A stretch of 64,000 bases of DNA, taken from contig OX638154.1 of assembly GCA_951804945.1 (NCBI GenBank), positions 51,584,001 through 51,648,000 on the forward strand, read 5' to 3'. Positions 1 to 13,321 of the stretch are shown piece by piece; the stretch's first letter is position 1, and each line of letters begins with the position of its first letter. The DNA is from Podarcis cretensis (lineage: Eukaryota). The notes beneath the pieces are model-generated. The model was not told the origin of the DNA, did not search any database, and saw nothing but the letters and a program-made list of their open reading frames with translations. Made by a program: the position numbers and the translations under genes.

Positions 1-24
1 CGCAAGATCATCATTGCATATTAT

Positions 25-176
25 CAGTGCTTTTTTTCTATATATAAAAAAAAAGTTTAGGGGTACTCTCCTTTTCCTACTCATATTGAAATACTGTCCT
101 CAATGAGGCAAAACTTAGGTTCACAAAATGTTTAGGGGGCATGCATACCCCTGCGTACCCCCAGAAAAAAGCACTG
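25..176. mobile_element. hAT-type MITE (152 bp)
   Basis: Terminal inverted repeats CAGTGCTTTTTTTCT and AGAAAAAAGCACTG, with a perfect 8-bp TSD CATATTAT at 17-24 and 177-184. Confidence 0.85.
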
Positions 177-863
177 CATATTATAGATGTTTCTCTTACA
201 GTTAAGAGAGAAAGCAAATTTATAGACTTGGCTCTTTAAAAAATAATTTGCATTTGATTTCACGTCTATTTTTTTAACAGCAAAATAATGGTAGTTTTCT
301 CTGACTTACGCCCCTTACCCAGTATAAAAAATATTGCCATAGCAGAACCAGAATCCTAATATTTTTTATTTTGCTGAACTGGCTAACTAAGACTGCAATC
401 CTAACCTCACTTAACCGAGAGTAGGTCTTACTGAATTCAATAGTACATGATTAGGGCTGTGTAGAAGTTTGCTCCTACCCAGTAAATTATTCTGCTGTGA
501 TTCTTATTCATAGATTCAGCTTATGCTAGGTGGTGTACTTAAAAGCTCTGGGTTCGTGGAAGTTTTGCTAGACCCAGATTTCATCCTGGATACCCAGATT
601 CCATTCTATTGCTGGAGAGAGTAGATCAGGCCATGATGGCATATGGTATATCTAAGTTACAAGGGGCTGCCTTTGAAAAATTTCTGGGAAATTCACATTG
701 TAAAAAATGTAGCACCCAGATTGATGGCTACAGCTGAGTTTTGAGAACATGTCAGCTCGCTATTCAAACGGCATTGGTTCCCGAAATTTCTCTTGTAGTG
801 TAAGAAGCAAACATCGTAAGGCTACTCAATGAATTCATGTCCAAACTGAAAATTTGAACTGAG

Positions 864-1376
864 AGACTGACAAGGACTTAAAGGCCTCAGATGTGAGGAA
901 CCCAGGCTAAAAACTGTTGTTATGGATGGGGGGACATTTGGAAGGGACAGAAACCGGGGCTGGGGGGGGGGAGGAGAACTTGTTTTTAAATCTTTATGAC
1001 TTTTGTGTTTGATTATTATGACCTATTTTTAAGATTAAAGGGAAATTTGTGGAAGGAACTCGAGTCGACCTTAGAAAAGGCTTTAATGTTTTATAAGAAA
1101 ATTTGATAAGTAAAATCTGGCCAAGTAAATGGTTTTTTTTAAAAAAAAAAAACATATATATATATATATATAGTAATAACATGCAATGGATGAGAGATTT
1201 GAATTTGCTGAGTTAATGTAACTGAACTAGGATGTATGAAGGGGGGGTGGGGGGAGGTCAAGAACTGGGGTTAGGAAAGTAAGGTTATGAAATTTTATAC
1301 GTGTTGTCTTTGTCTTTGTGTGTGTATGTTTGTCTTTGTAAAATGTGAAAATTTAATAAAAATATTAAAAAAAAAA
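864..1376 (+). mobile_element. 5'-truncated poly(A) retroelement, probably the 3' end of an L1/Tx1-like LINE
   Basis: AATAAA followed by an A-tail at the right end, with a 16-bp TSD GAAAATTTGAACTGAG at 848-863 and 1377-1392. The family assignment is inferred from the poly(A) plus long TSD. Confidence 0.75.
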
Positions 1377-2471
1377 GAAAATTTGAACTGAGGGCTTCAA
1401 ATCATTATTATTTACTACCCCGCCCACCATATCATGCTGCCTTGTGGGAGAGGCGACACTGCTGCTATGTTATTATCTGCTGAAGGTACAGTACAGGGAA
1501 TGGCTGTGTTATAGATATTATAGAAAGGCATGATCAGAAAACATTAGCACTTTAAAGGTAAGCACTATCAGCCTTCACAGCCTAAATTCCATTTGAATGG
1601 CAAATATGACCATAGATTATTCAGTTAATTGGATAATCAGCCTGGTTTACATAATTCTGCTGAAGGTGAAGCTATCATAAGATGAACATTAATTCCTGAA
1701 AATCAACCCAAACTGATCATGTCCCAAACCTATCAGAGGCAGCTAGTGACCCAAAATCTTCTGTCTATCCTTTCTTGTAGCTCAGAGTAGAAACAGACTT
1801 TAAATCCACTTGAGTGACAACAGGAATGCTTAATGTTAATATGGGGCCAAACTTTTAGATATTCAGAAGATTGATGCTGTCAGATTAATGTATTTCCTAC
1901 ATCATTTTTCATGTGTTAAGCATAAACTAGACTCAAATGGATCAAAATCAATGATCCATTAATTTTAATAGCAGGTTACATTAATGTTATATGGAAATGC
2001 TTTATTGATTATGTTGCTAAAAATGAAAATCTCTATACTAATAGTATATCACACCAGTGCAGATGAACAAGTCAGAAAATCCATGATAAATTAGCAGAGA
2101 AGTTAGAAAATAGAATTTAGAAGTAGCCAAAGCAATTCCTTTTCCACAAACATTGGCTATTTTACTTTTATGAATAGGTTTTTTAAATGCTCTGATGGTT
2201 TTGTCACAATGATAATCACATACAAACTGAATTAAAATTGCTTCAAGTGTTGGGGCTTCTCATGGCAAATATATTACTTTAAATTCTTGCTTTGTGTGAT
2301 GTGTTCTGGGCATTATTTTGAGCTGGTTATAACATAATTTAGTTCTCAAAGTTACATGTGGAAATCAGATGAGTCCTAAAGAACTTGGAAACTTGCCACT
2401 ATTTTTTGGCATTTCTGTTGGTCCTAATAAATGTATTGCTCAACTAGATTTTTTAAAGGGTTTTGCTTTTC

Positions 2472-2564
2472 TCACGCTGAATTCCTTCCCCCCGACTGGT
2501 TCCCTCTCCGGCATCGCTCTGGAGCTCTGCTTCCGCTTTTCGCTCTGATGTCAGTTCCCTGACA
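2472..2564 (-). mobile_element. 93-bp fragment of the same repeat as 10508-10910, inverted
   Basis: The reverse complement aligns closely with 10508-10600 (TGTCAGGGAACTGACATCAGAGCG...GGAATTCAGC(A/G)TGA) and shares the same TG terminus. Confidence 0.8.
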
Positions 2565-2582
2565 CCATGGAATCATGATTTC

Positions 2583-3100
2583 TTTTAACCATGGTTTGTT
2601 CAAACAAGCAGACAAGCAAACGAGCCATGGCTGGTTTCTCCAAAGCTTGGTTTGTTTTCCAGCTGTTCTTGCCTCATGCCCCTGTAGCTTGGCAAGTATC
2701 TACAGTAGGGTGGTCAAACAATGCATGGTTAAGCAAGACTGTTGTGTTAGGACATAACACCAAACCATAGTAAAAATAAGTGTGGTTGGTGTCTGTCTGT
2801 CTTGGGAGACAATGGAAGAGTGCACCTTCGGGAACAAAGTCAAACTGTTGGATAGTTACAGTGTCTGCTGGAACGATATGGGAAAGTCATGCTTTGTTGC
2901 ATTTCTTCTTGCTGCACTGCTCCCAGCAGTTACTCCTCCTCTGGTCACTTCTGTTCATAAATAAGCAGCACAGAACCACAGCTTCACATTGTGATTTGTT
3001 ACCAGAAAACAAACCATGGTCTGCTGGGCTGGGTTCAGACACTGGAACAAACCACACTGTAGCTGAACAAGCCATGAATTAGTCTAATGTATAAACCAGG
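2583..3100. mobile_element. Degenerate non-autonomous DNA-transposon-like repeat rich in AACCATGGTTT motifs (boundaries approximate)
   Basis: Recurrent AAACCATGGT/ACCATGGTTTG motifs in both orientations; related motifs recur near 19900-20120. Confidence 0.4.
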
Positions 3101-4499
3101 CCATTGTCAACTTTAGAAACCAAATTTATGCATAATATTGTATCTAAAGGAGATTTCTGCATTAAAGTATATAAAAGCATGAATAGCTCCCAATCATTTC
3201 TTTTGCAGGACAGACATAAGTAATGTTAAAAATTTCTCTAACTTCTGTTTTCCTTGTGGATTCATCCAACCAGTCATTTTAATGAAACAGTGTGATTTCA
3301 TATATTTTCTTTTTAAAATATTTTTAATTAAAACCACAAGAACAGAAGTTGACCTTTCTGAAAATCAATTACTACATAAATACTTCATTCAGTTGCCTAA
3401 TATTAAACTAATATTAAACAAACCTAAACTGTATGTTTGTCTTTTGGTGTGTAGAAAAGCTGGGGGTCTGAAATGGTGTAAGTCTGTGTTGTGCTGCATA
3501 ATTCTGTTGACATGTTTGTAACAATGGGAAAGAGGAAAGCCTCTTCCTTGCCTGATGGGAAAAAAAGGTGAAACAGGAGAGCTGAAATTAGTACCGACAT
3601 ACTTGCTTGCTGTCCCTAGAGCTTCTGCTGCCTCTTAGAAGAGCAGCTATATCAGATAATGAAAAATAGAGGCTCACCAGCCAGTCAAGCTCCACGGTTG
3701 AAAAGGTATCAGAGGTTTGTAAATTTTAGATAATTAATAATCCAGTATTATCCACTGCTGGATAATTAATATTCAGTAGTTAATGCTGCTAATTAATATC
3801 CAGTAGTTAATACTACTAATAAGGTTAAATAGCAGTTTCCTGGCAGTGAAGATAACACTCTCCTTTTGCTAGATTTTGATGATGATTTCCTTGGCTAGAT
3901 CATAGCTCTACTGCTTTGTAGAGGGGAGGGGCAGATGAAATACAAATCTGGTAATGTAAAAATAGTATTCATAACCTCAAGAGAGTGAACAGCCACAGGT
4001 GATTTGTCTAGTATTTCTCTTGACAGTTTGCCAAAAGGCTATTACCCTCTTGTTGCATATGGGGGTCTTAGAAAATACTGCAATAAATATTTGATACACA
4101 GAGCATAGAGCTGGAAGAAATTTGTTGAGAGAGAGGATTAGCAGATGTCATTCATTTTCACGCTTATAACTTGATACTACACAGTGATTTGTAATTAGAG
4201 GGTTAAGATAGATTAGCTTGAATGAAAATGAAATTCAAACTGCAGAAAGTCTATATGAGCAAGCAGGAATGAAGATGCAGCCTCATAGTGCAATAGCACA
4301 AGATTTGAACTTGATATGCTATAGTGGAGGGCTATATTATTCAGTTAAATAATGTGATATATATTTATTATTTCATTTATCTACCCCTCTTCATAACAAT
4401 ATGACAGCATGGTTTACAAATATAACCAAATACAGAACCACATCAGTCAATAAGAACAATCTTAAAATCTGCTCCAAACAACAGTGGGATAATATTTTG

Positions 4500-4716
4500 A
4501 TTTATTATATTTATATACCACCTTTATATTCGAAGGATATCAAGGTGGTGTACATGGTTCTCCTCCTCCCCATTTCATCCTCACAACAACCCTGTGAGGT
4601 AGGCTAGGCTAAGAGATGGTGGCTGACCCAAGGTCACGTAGCGAACTTCATGGCTGACGGGGGATTCAAACCTTGCTCTCTTTCTCCCAGGTCCTAGTCC
4701 AACATTCTAACCCATT
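4500..4716 (-). mobile_element. tRNA-derived MIR-like squamate SINE
   Basis: ccccatttcatcctcacaacaaccctgtgaggtagg...cccaaggtcac...gggattcaaacc: a core-SINE-like body with an antisense Pol III B-box. Confidence 0.7.
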
Positions 4717-4717
4717 C

Positions 4718-4993
4718 CCTCATTGCGAGAAGCAAAGCTACAGGGAACCAGGCAGAGGGCCTTCTCGGTAGTGGCGCCCGCCCTGTGGAACGCCCTTCCA
4801 TCAGATGTCAAAGAGATAAACAACTACCTGACATTCAGAAGACACTTGAAGGCAGCCCTGTTCAGGGAAGTTTTTAATGTGTGACATCTTAGTGTATTTT
4901 TGGTCTTTGTGGAAGCCGCCCAGAGTGGCTGGGGAAACCCAGCCAGATGGGTGGGGTACAAATAATGTATTATTATTATTATTATTATTATTA
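4718..4993 (+). mobile_element. L2-type LINE 3' end with (TAT)n tail
   Basis: agggccttctcggtagtggcgcccgccctgtggaacgccctt (RAFSVVAPALWNAL, an L2 ORF2 C-terminal motif), then 3' UTR gccgcccagagtggc...gatggg and a TAT microsatellite tail. Confidence 0.8.
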
Positions 4994-6943
4994 TGCCACA
5001 CTGGCTCTCTTAATATGACTAATCAACCATTCAGTAAATCAAAGGTCTCAGGGACCAGTGTGAAACAACTTAAAAAGTCCCACTTGAATAAGTGCATCTT
5101 AAGTAACAAGTGAAACTGAAATAAAAATGATACCTGACACACCTACAGAGATAGGGAGTTCCATAAAGAGGGTGCCACAGCAGAGAAGGCCCTAGCTTGG
5201 GACACTGCTCCTCAGACTTAGCCTATAGGCAGCAACACAAGAAGCCCTTGGCCAGTGATCTGAATTGTCAAGCTGGCACATACCAGGCGAGGTAGTCGGT
5301 CAGGTACTTGAGCCCCAAGCCATTATTGTCAGCATCAATACTTTGAAGTCAGCTCAGTACCTAAAAGGCACACAGTGCAGATTCTGGGGGATATGACTTA
5401 TTTAGCATGCCATTGAACTGAGCAGTGGTGTTGTTATTACCCTCTGGCCCCATTTACTACAGGCAAGGCCCAAAAGTTGTCCATGAGGGAATGTAACCAT
5501 TGGGCAGAAAATTATTTCCCACTCCTGTCTTATGGCTTCCCATTTTTCATCTAGGAACATTAAAATTGCCTCCTTGTTGAGTCAACCTGTCCATTATATT
5601 TTTGTCCAGAATATGACCAGAATTGAATGCTGTAGTAGAAAAGCACGAGACAATTATAGTGCGAGCCATTTCCTACCATCTAGAGAATTAGTTTAGGAGC
5701 ACTTAAAAGACTAAGGGTGTATTTCCTATTAACAACCTCGTCTTCTTTTGATTTGCCAATTTGTTCTTTATTGGTGTTGGATTTTTAATATATTTTTTAA
5801 AATGCAATAAGCCTTTAGAAGTTTGGGCTGACTCAGATGATTTTTGTGTGTGTGAACAGTTATGCTTTAGGTATTTTTCAGGTACCAAATATTTGTTTAT
5901 GTTCTGCTCTTGTCTGTTGTTTCATGTGGTTAAATTCCCTAGAGATGATCCTCTTAAAAGCTTCTTATTTCCCTGAGAATGGAACATTTTAAAAATGTAC
6001 CTTCGGTGTGTCCCTTCGGAGTGCCACATCACAGTCTGTTGGCGGGGCTGTCATTAGAAGCTGCTATGTATTTCTGTTGCTAGGAGTAACCTGAAATATT
6101 TGCCTTCCTCATGGTTGATGCTAAGTTGTTTTTGAAGTCCTTGTTTTATGGACCTCTCCTTTTGTTTCTTGGGTACTCTTGAAGTGTGCTTGGCTTTGAC
6201 ATGAACAGACCCTCACTTGTTCCCTCAAGTCCATAGTATATCACCTACGCATGCATTGCTTGCTTTACTACACTTCCCTGCCAACATGTGCTAATATTAT
6301 TATTTTTTAAGAGTCACTGTTCACCCCTACAAATTGTTCATAGAAATCTCTTAGTTCAGTTGTAGTCATGCCTGACCAGCACTGGACCTCTTGCCACATA
6401 ACCTGTAGTCATTCCTCTGGCCCTTGATCTGCTCTACTGCTCTTGATTGCCTGGCCTTAATTGAGCAACAGCATCATGTCACCAGCTTAAGGCTATATAT
6501 TCAGCAAACAGAAGGAGTGGAGTGTAATGTGTGTTGGCATCTTAGAAGCTTGAACCTCCCATTAACAAATGTTTTAGTTTCTCAAAATGTTAGAAATTAT
6601 CTCATTTATCTAGAGCATAATAACTTATTTCCTGTTAAAACATTCCGAGTGGTATACAAACGATCAAAACAAAACAAAACAAATGGTAAGTATAAAAAGC
6701 AACAGTAATAACATACCATTCTAATTAAACTAAAAATGCTCCGTAACAAAATATTCAGAAGCTTGTGGGAAAACAGAAAGGCACTTAAGCTTGGCTGCAA
6801 TCCTCAGAAGGTTGTTCTAAATCTTAGTGTGAGCACATGTAGATCTTCACTAAGTACCGTAGATTTTATCTAGAGAATAACTTCCCTAACTTGATATAAA
6901 GGAATATGAAGCTGAATATGGAGGGAAAGCATGTCATAAGGTG

Positions 6944-6971
6944 TTCATTCATTCATTCATTCATTCATTCA
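6944..6971. repeat. (TTCA)n microsatellite
   Basis: Direct reading. Confidence 0.9.
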
Positions 6972-9900
6972 CCTGGAAAGTTAGCCCATCTAGGAGAAGG
7001 AAAACTCTGATCCTAAAGCCTTGCAGGGTATCTTTGGGAGAAGAAAAGATGGAGTAAACCCTTCACAAATCTAGAGTGGAGTCCCTAAGACAGTTGGATG
7101 GTGCCTTGTATGCCTCCTTCTGGCAACTCGTGTAGCCAAGCTGGTGTCAAATGTATTGCTCTGCTTTCCTTTGGATCACATCAGTGAGGCCAAAAGGGGA
7201 ATTGTATTGTTTGGGCAGCAGCCTCCATAAACACTGCTCAGACTTGCGCCCTGGGAAGGTCACTTTTGTGCTGCTAATGCAGCCGTTTGTCATCACCCCC
7301 AGAGGAGCTCTCTCTCGACAGATGGATACCAATAACAACAATATATTTTGAGTGAATATGTTGATAATGATAAATATTCTGTGCAATTTCTTTAAAAATA
7401 TTCTGCACAAGTATGGAATCAATATGGTATATAGCACAAAACTTGGAAGCCTGCAAATGTGTAGGCAGTGTTTGAGGGGAGCATTTTGACAGTTGTGTGA
7501 CAAGCAGAAAGGAAACAGTACAGCTTTTCCTGACATGGTGTGAAGAGATAGGGAAATGGCACCTGGCAAATGCCTCTTATGCTGCTTTTAAATGCCTAGT
7601 TTTATCTCCCCTAACTCTCAGTCTGTTATCCACACCCCGTGTTCTTTTCCTACTGTCCTCTGTCACAGCAAAGTGGCACTATCCATTGTCATTTATCAAC
7701 CCTTTCCATATTAGGCCTTCTCAGGTCCGTAGTACCCTCACTTATCTTTTTGGAGTAATTAAAAATGAATGCAAGTGGAACTTAAAAAAAAAGAAAAGTA
7801 ATTTTTTGGCCTTTAAGTCCTACTAAGCATGTGACGACTACAGCAAAGATCCTTTTAGAAAGGTAAGTGGTCTTCGCACAAACTGATAAATGTAGTTTTT
7901 TTCCAGACTAATGAGGAAAGCCACCCAGGGGAAAAATACTTGGCTAAAAAATTTCAGACATGAAAGTTATTTGTTTAAATTTTTGAGATAGTCAGGCATT
8001 TCCTTGAGTCTACCTCCTACCTTCCTCCTTGGGTTTTTAGTTCTTAATTTATTTCTCTTGCATCTTGATAGCTTAAATACTCAAAATAATGACCATTTTC
8101 CTTATTCTGATTTGCATCATTCCTGCCAATATAAAGATGAGCTGATTGCTATGGTATGATTGACCCGTTATTTGTGAGAGCCTGAAGTATATTCACAGTG
8201 TGCCTACTGGTCTGTCATTGTTTTTTCATGTAATTACTTTGGGTTGTGTCTAGTGCTAGCCCTACTCAGTGTATACTCATTAAAACTAATGAACATGACT
8301 ACCTTAGGTTCATTCATTTCAATGAGTCTGCACTCAAGTAGGACTAGTTCTGACTACAACTTTTTGTCTGTCATCTAAATGCATTCAAAGGATTAACCCA
8401 GATTTTCTGATGTTGATGCATAATATCTGAGTAGCAGTATTAAAGAGTCTCCAAATTGTTATGCATATTGCGGTTTTTCATACCATATGTCCATAAACAG
8501 TTTCTACACTATAGTATGATAGGTATTTTGGAACTACAAAAATGTGGGATTGTTTATTAATCAAGCATCCTATAGGACAGAATATATAACTAACCTTCAG
8601 AGTCCAGAATGAACCTGGACCTTGTATAATATTACCAGCTGTGAATATTCAGAAATTTTCTCTTATTCCTAATCAGAAAAATGTCCAAAGAGCTCATTTG
8701 GGATTGCATTATTTATCTTGGGGAATCTGAAACTGATTTTTGAAATCTGAATAAATTTGTTGCATACTACTAAAATTACTATTACTAGATACTAACACCC
8801 ATGAGGAATAATGAGGAGCTTGGGGGGGGGGAGAGTAAAAAAATCCCCTCCCACTTCATGGTGCTTAAGTTTTCATGTTCAGAACACCCTTGAGTTAGCC
8901 ACAAACCTCCCCTTCTTTTTGAACTTCTTGTTTAAAACGAAGTCTAGAGATGTGTACCTCACCCTATTTCTTTCCCCATCCAGTTCACCCAATTCTAATT
9001 AAACCTCCAATGCATGCTCGTGCACGCACCCATTCACACACCAGTTTGTGCTACAAAAGGGGCTACGAAACCCTAACAATTTAAAGCAGCATTGTGGAAC
9101 ATCTTGGGTGTGCCTGCAGAATAAGTCCACTGGCCTTTCCTCAGGCCTGCTCTCCCCCACCCCCAGCCCCCTGTCAGCTGGACAGTACAGCACACAGCAT
9201 GGAGGAAAAGCAAGCTGCCCATGGAGGAAAAGATCTCACTCCATGGGCAATTGGCAGCATTTCTGCACTGCATGTTGAGAAATTTTTTAACCCCTGAAGA
9301 TGTATCCAATGTGTAAGGAAGGGTTATGGGCTGTCGGTCCACGTTTTCTTAGAGGTGTGGAGTCTTTATTGGTTAAGCAGAGAACTCTTTTCCTCTTAGC
9401 ACAAAAAGAAACTGAGAAAGTGTGAAAAATGTCCATAAATATGTTTGCAGTTTTATTTAACATTTTTGAAAGAGGATTGTGATAAATGTGCTTACATAAA
9501 TGGGATTTTTGTGGAGGAGAGAATTCACAGGTACCCATTTGTAATGACCTGCAAGGCTTTTGTACCTGGGTCAAAACAGTCTAACAGGCATCTGTCACAT
9601 CATGGTGCTTGCTCTTGACTAATGTTCTCTATTAATGAAAATGAAGAAACACAATTGGCAGATCATTCAGGTATGGGTAAGAACTGTCACTCAGATTGAA
9701 AATAATTGCATCCACAGTAGAGATCGCAGTAATAGTTTCCAGAAGTCTTTGTTTAAAAACAGAAATGTGTTTCTTTCCTTACTGCCAAAGAACAACACCA
9801 CCAAGAGCAAGAGTTCTCTGGCCTCCTCCTAATTTCACCTTTCAGAATCCAGGTTCAGATGTACGGATGCAATAGCAAATTAATTTAAAGAGAATATGAT

Positions 9901-10507
9901 TCCATCCCAGTCTTTTGATTTCCAATTGAACCATACAACTGTTTATGTGGCAGCAATATGGTAAACCCATTACCACTTGATAAATTTTGTGCTGCAACTA
10001 GTCTTGTGGGTGCTTTGGCACATGGGTGTAGAATTGAATCCAGTTTGTGGGCCTAACCTTTACCTCCCCTTCCATTCCAGATCAAGTTTAAGAGGTGGGT
10101 GTGGCTCACGTCTCCTGTCTTCTTGTAATGACTTCACTAAGCTAGCCAGGACAATTTGTATGCCTGTCCCACACCAGATGTCCTATCTGACGTCAGGTGT
10201 ACAGCAGATGGGCATAGCTTGGCCAAATCAACCTAGCGGGTCAAATGGAGAGGCCTGGTGGGCCTATTGAAGCCTGTGGACTGGAGGTTCCCCCACTGCT
10301 GCTTTAGTAGGTCCTCATTACATGCTGAGTTCCTTATGTTCCAGCTCAACTCTTCTTCTTTCTGAGCTTTCCAACAGGTGGTATGAGAGATGTCAGTGAA
10401 CTCACAAAGCTAATCACTGCCAGAAATTAGGAAAGACCACTTGAGGCAGTTTCACTTCATCTCCAACATCTTGTTTAAAATGTTCACATGAAACATCGCT
10501 TAGTCAT

Positions 10508-10910
10508 TGTCAGGGAACTGACATCAGAGCGAGAAGCGGAGGCAGGGCTCCAGAGCGATGCCGGAGAGGGAACCAGCAAGGGGGAAGGAATTCAGCATGA
10601 CACCAATAGAGAGGAGAGGGAGATAGAGGAATCGGTGTCAGGGCTCCAAGACCCTTCAACCGAAACTAGCGGAGAGAGCGCTGGCACGCCCCTGCCTTCC
10701 CCTTACTTGCGCAGACGCGTTCCGCGCAGGGAACATAGGAGGAGACTTGGGGTCCAACAGCTTTTATGCTGGAAGAGATTCAAGAAACGCCCACTGACGG
10801 ATTCTGCAAGTGACTAACAGGTCATGGAGGGCGAGCTCTAACCCTAAACACGATTGAGCAAGCAATCTAACTAATCTGAAGGCAATTTACGCACAAGTAA
10901 CCCCCTCACA
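10508..10910 (+). mobile_element. About 400-bp CpG-rich TG...CA interspersed repeat (solo-LTR-like)
   Basis: Abrupt GC/CpG-rich block starting TGTCAGGG and ending CCTCACA. The left end is confirmed by the partial copy at 2472-2564. No clean TSD is visible. Confidence 0.55.
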
Positions 10911-13132
10911 ACCATTACAGTCATGAACAGCAGTATTGTAGAAAGAGCTTAATTGGGGGGGGGGGCATGTGTAATGCTTATTTTGCATCACTTTGTCCTG
11001 CTTAGCTGTCACTGCCATGAGTAAGTCCTGATAACATGTATTTTCTCTACTGCAGCTTGAAATGGCAACATTGGACTACGTTAATTCACTGGGTCTTTGC
11101 TTTGTGTATTCTCACATACAAACTGGGAAAGACTGCAAAAGGCTTAGAGATTAAATTTGATCACTTGGAGGGTTTGGCCTCCCTGGATTAACCACCTATT
11201 TTATATTGCAGGCAGCAAAGGTGCAGCTGTAATTCAGGCACACTTGGCTAGTTCCAAAAGAGTGTTTTTGTTTGCTATTCTTTGTGTATGCCTTTGCAAG
11301 CTAAGCTGTGTCTCGTGATACTCTTCTATATCCCTGCTTTTGTTTAATTTTATACTGTAGAGGAGTGTGTGTTGTGGTTGTATTGGTGCTGCTGTTTCTT
11401 GTTTTTGAATGCTAGCTCTGGTGTCTTTCCAGTTAAGCTCTGTGTACCTTTTGTCTTTGAAAATCAATGGAGAGCAAATAAAAAAGAACTAGTTTTCAGT
11501 GGTACCTTTTGCACAAAAACCCTTTTATGTTTGCTAGTGAAGAGGCGGTTTCTCGGGATGCCAGACTTTGCATACAAGAAATGGCTTGGGCTCTTATTAA
11601 GCTTCAGTTGCTTTTTTTTTTTTTTTTTTGGTATTTCTTTTGAAAATTATAGATACCCACCATAGCCCCTTAACTCTGCGAAGTCAGAAACCAGATTCAT
11701 TTCAATGTTCTCTCATGCTATAGAATATGGAAAAAGTAGTGTCTGCAAAGTGGATTTTTGACAAGATAGCAGACAAGGACGCCTGATAAAATGTGAATAT
11801 TTTATTTGCACAATTTTGCATTGCCCTGTAAATAGGTTGACCATTCAGAGATAAGCAGAATAGAGGAGAAGGCTGGAGGGACTAAAATGTTATGCAAATC
11901 ATGAATATGCAGATTGGACGTAGAAAGTTAACATGAAGGACAGAAGTATAAAACACTTAGACTTTGTTCATACAACACTTTAAACCGTACTTCAACTAAA
12001 TGTTGCTTTAAATATGAACCCACAGCATGTGCTGGCGCATGCTGCTAAAATCACAGACCATTTGCTCTTCTTCTGCCCACCATGTGGGAAGGAAGAGTAG
12101 AATGCTTGACTGTGTAGTCTATAAAAGCACAGGTTTGTCTTAATCCAGTAGGAAGGAATGATTTCCATAGCTCAAATATCCAGATAAGAACACCAGCTGA
12201 TGTGGGACTGGCTGGTAAGAAGAGATCTAACACTCTAGTTTTGCTTAAGTATCTGCAAACAAAAGGATGACATGAGAATAAATGAGGTTCTAGTATTTTA
12301 AGAAGCTTTTAAATGGTGTTCTGACTTTTCTCATATATTTGTCTGTCTTGCTTGCAACTCATGTTTAGCAGAGAACAGTACATCTTGCCTAAGATGTGAG
12401 GAAATGTGCTGAGCTTAGGAGATATTTGCTGAAGTGCTGCTCTGGAGCATTTGGGGGTTTTCTGTACAGGCCTCATAATGGCCTCAGCTACACTTACCTG
12501 TAAGGGTAGTACAGCTACTGCAGATAGAATTACCTTTTTCTCTCACTGCTGAATTTTCTTTTTTCAAACTGTTCATCATAGTGATACTTTCATCTTATAA
12601 TAGAGCAGTAAGCCACGGCAGGGTGTACATTGCTCATTTTCTGCACGCCTCAGGTATCTTCAATTGCCTGGGAGAGTTTCTGGCAGCTTCTTAATGTGCA
12701 CCCTGGCATGGATTGGTGCAATTGCTTTGGCTTGTTAATTTTACATTCATTTGTTCATCATAGTCATTTAATAATCATATGTGCCTTTGGAAGATCAGGA
12801 ACATGGGGAAAATTCAGTGAAAACTAAAATGAAAAATACTTGTCAGAGATTTGAGCTGCCTCTTCACTATTTTTGCTATGTTTATTGCTTGAAAGTCATA
12901 TATACAGTCATATATTGTTTGAATGGGTGAGCTGCTGTGGAATCATGGACTCACCCCAGTCTACATAGATGTACAATTGCATGATCAAGCTTAGGAAAAT
13001 AGGTTTGACAGAGGAGTCACCTGTGCACAGCCCTGATTGGCTGGTGCTTGCAATATTGCAAACCAATTTCCTGTTTTGGAATTTTGTCCCATTGCTACCT
13101 GGTAACATGATTCTCTTTCTATTGTGTTTCAG

Positions 13133-13321
13133 AGAACCAGATCCCATCTGGCTTTCCAACCATAGACATGGGTCCACAGCTCAAGGTAGTAGAGAAGGCC
13201 CGCACTGCTACAATGCTCTGTGCTGCCAGCGGTAACCCTGACCCTGAAATATCCTGGTTCAAAGACTTTCTTCCTGTGGACACAGCCACTAGCAATGGCA
13301 GAATCAAACAGCTCCGTTCAG
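13133..13321 (+). CDS. PTPRF: PTPRF (LAR) exon, N-terminal part of Ig2 (189 nt, phase 1/1)
   Basis: tgtgtttcag|AGAAC...CGTTCAG|gtaaag. Translates (E)[62 protein letters not shown](G). [12 protein letters not shown] and [13 protein letters not shown] match LAR as recalled (PTPRD/PTPRS have VVERTRTAT). Confidence 0.96.

Noticed and set aside
3734-3822. Degenerate AT-rich tandem repeat (TAATATCCAGTAGT-like units)
   Set aside because: Ordinary decayed minisatellite with no spacer structure.
1-13132. Upstream PTPRF Ig1 exons
   Set aside because: I found no Ig1-coding sequence by eye; those exons must lie upstream of the window.
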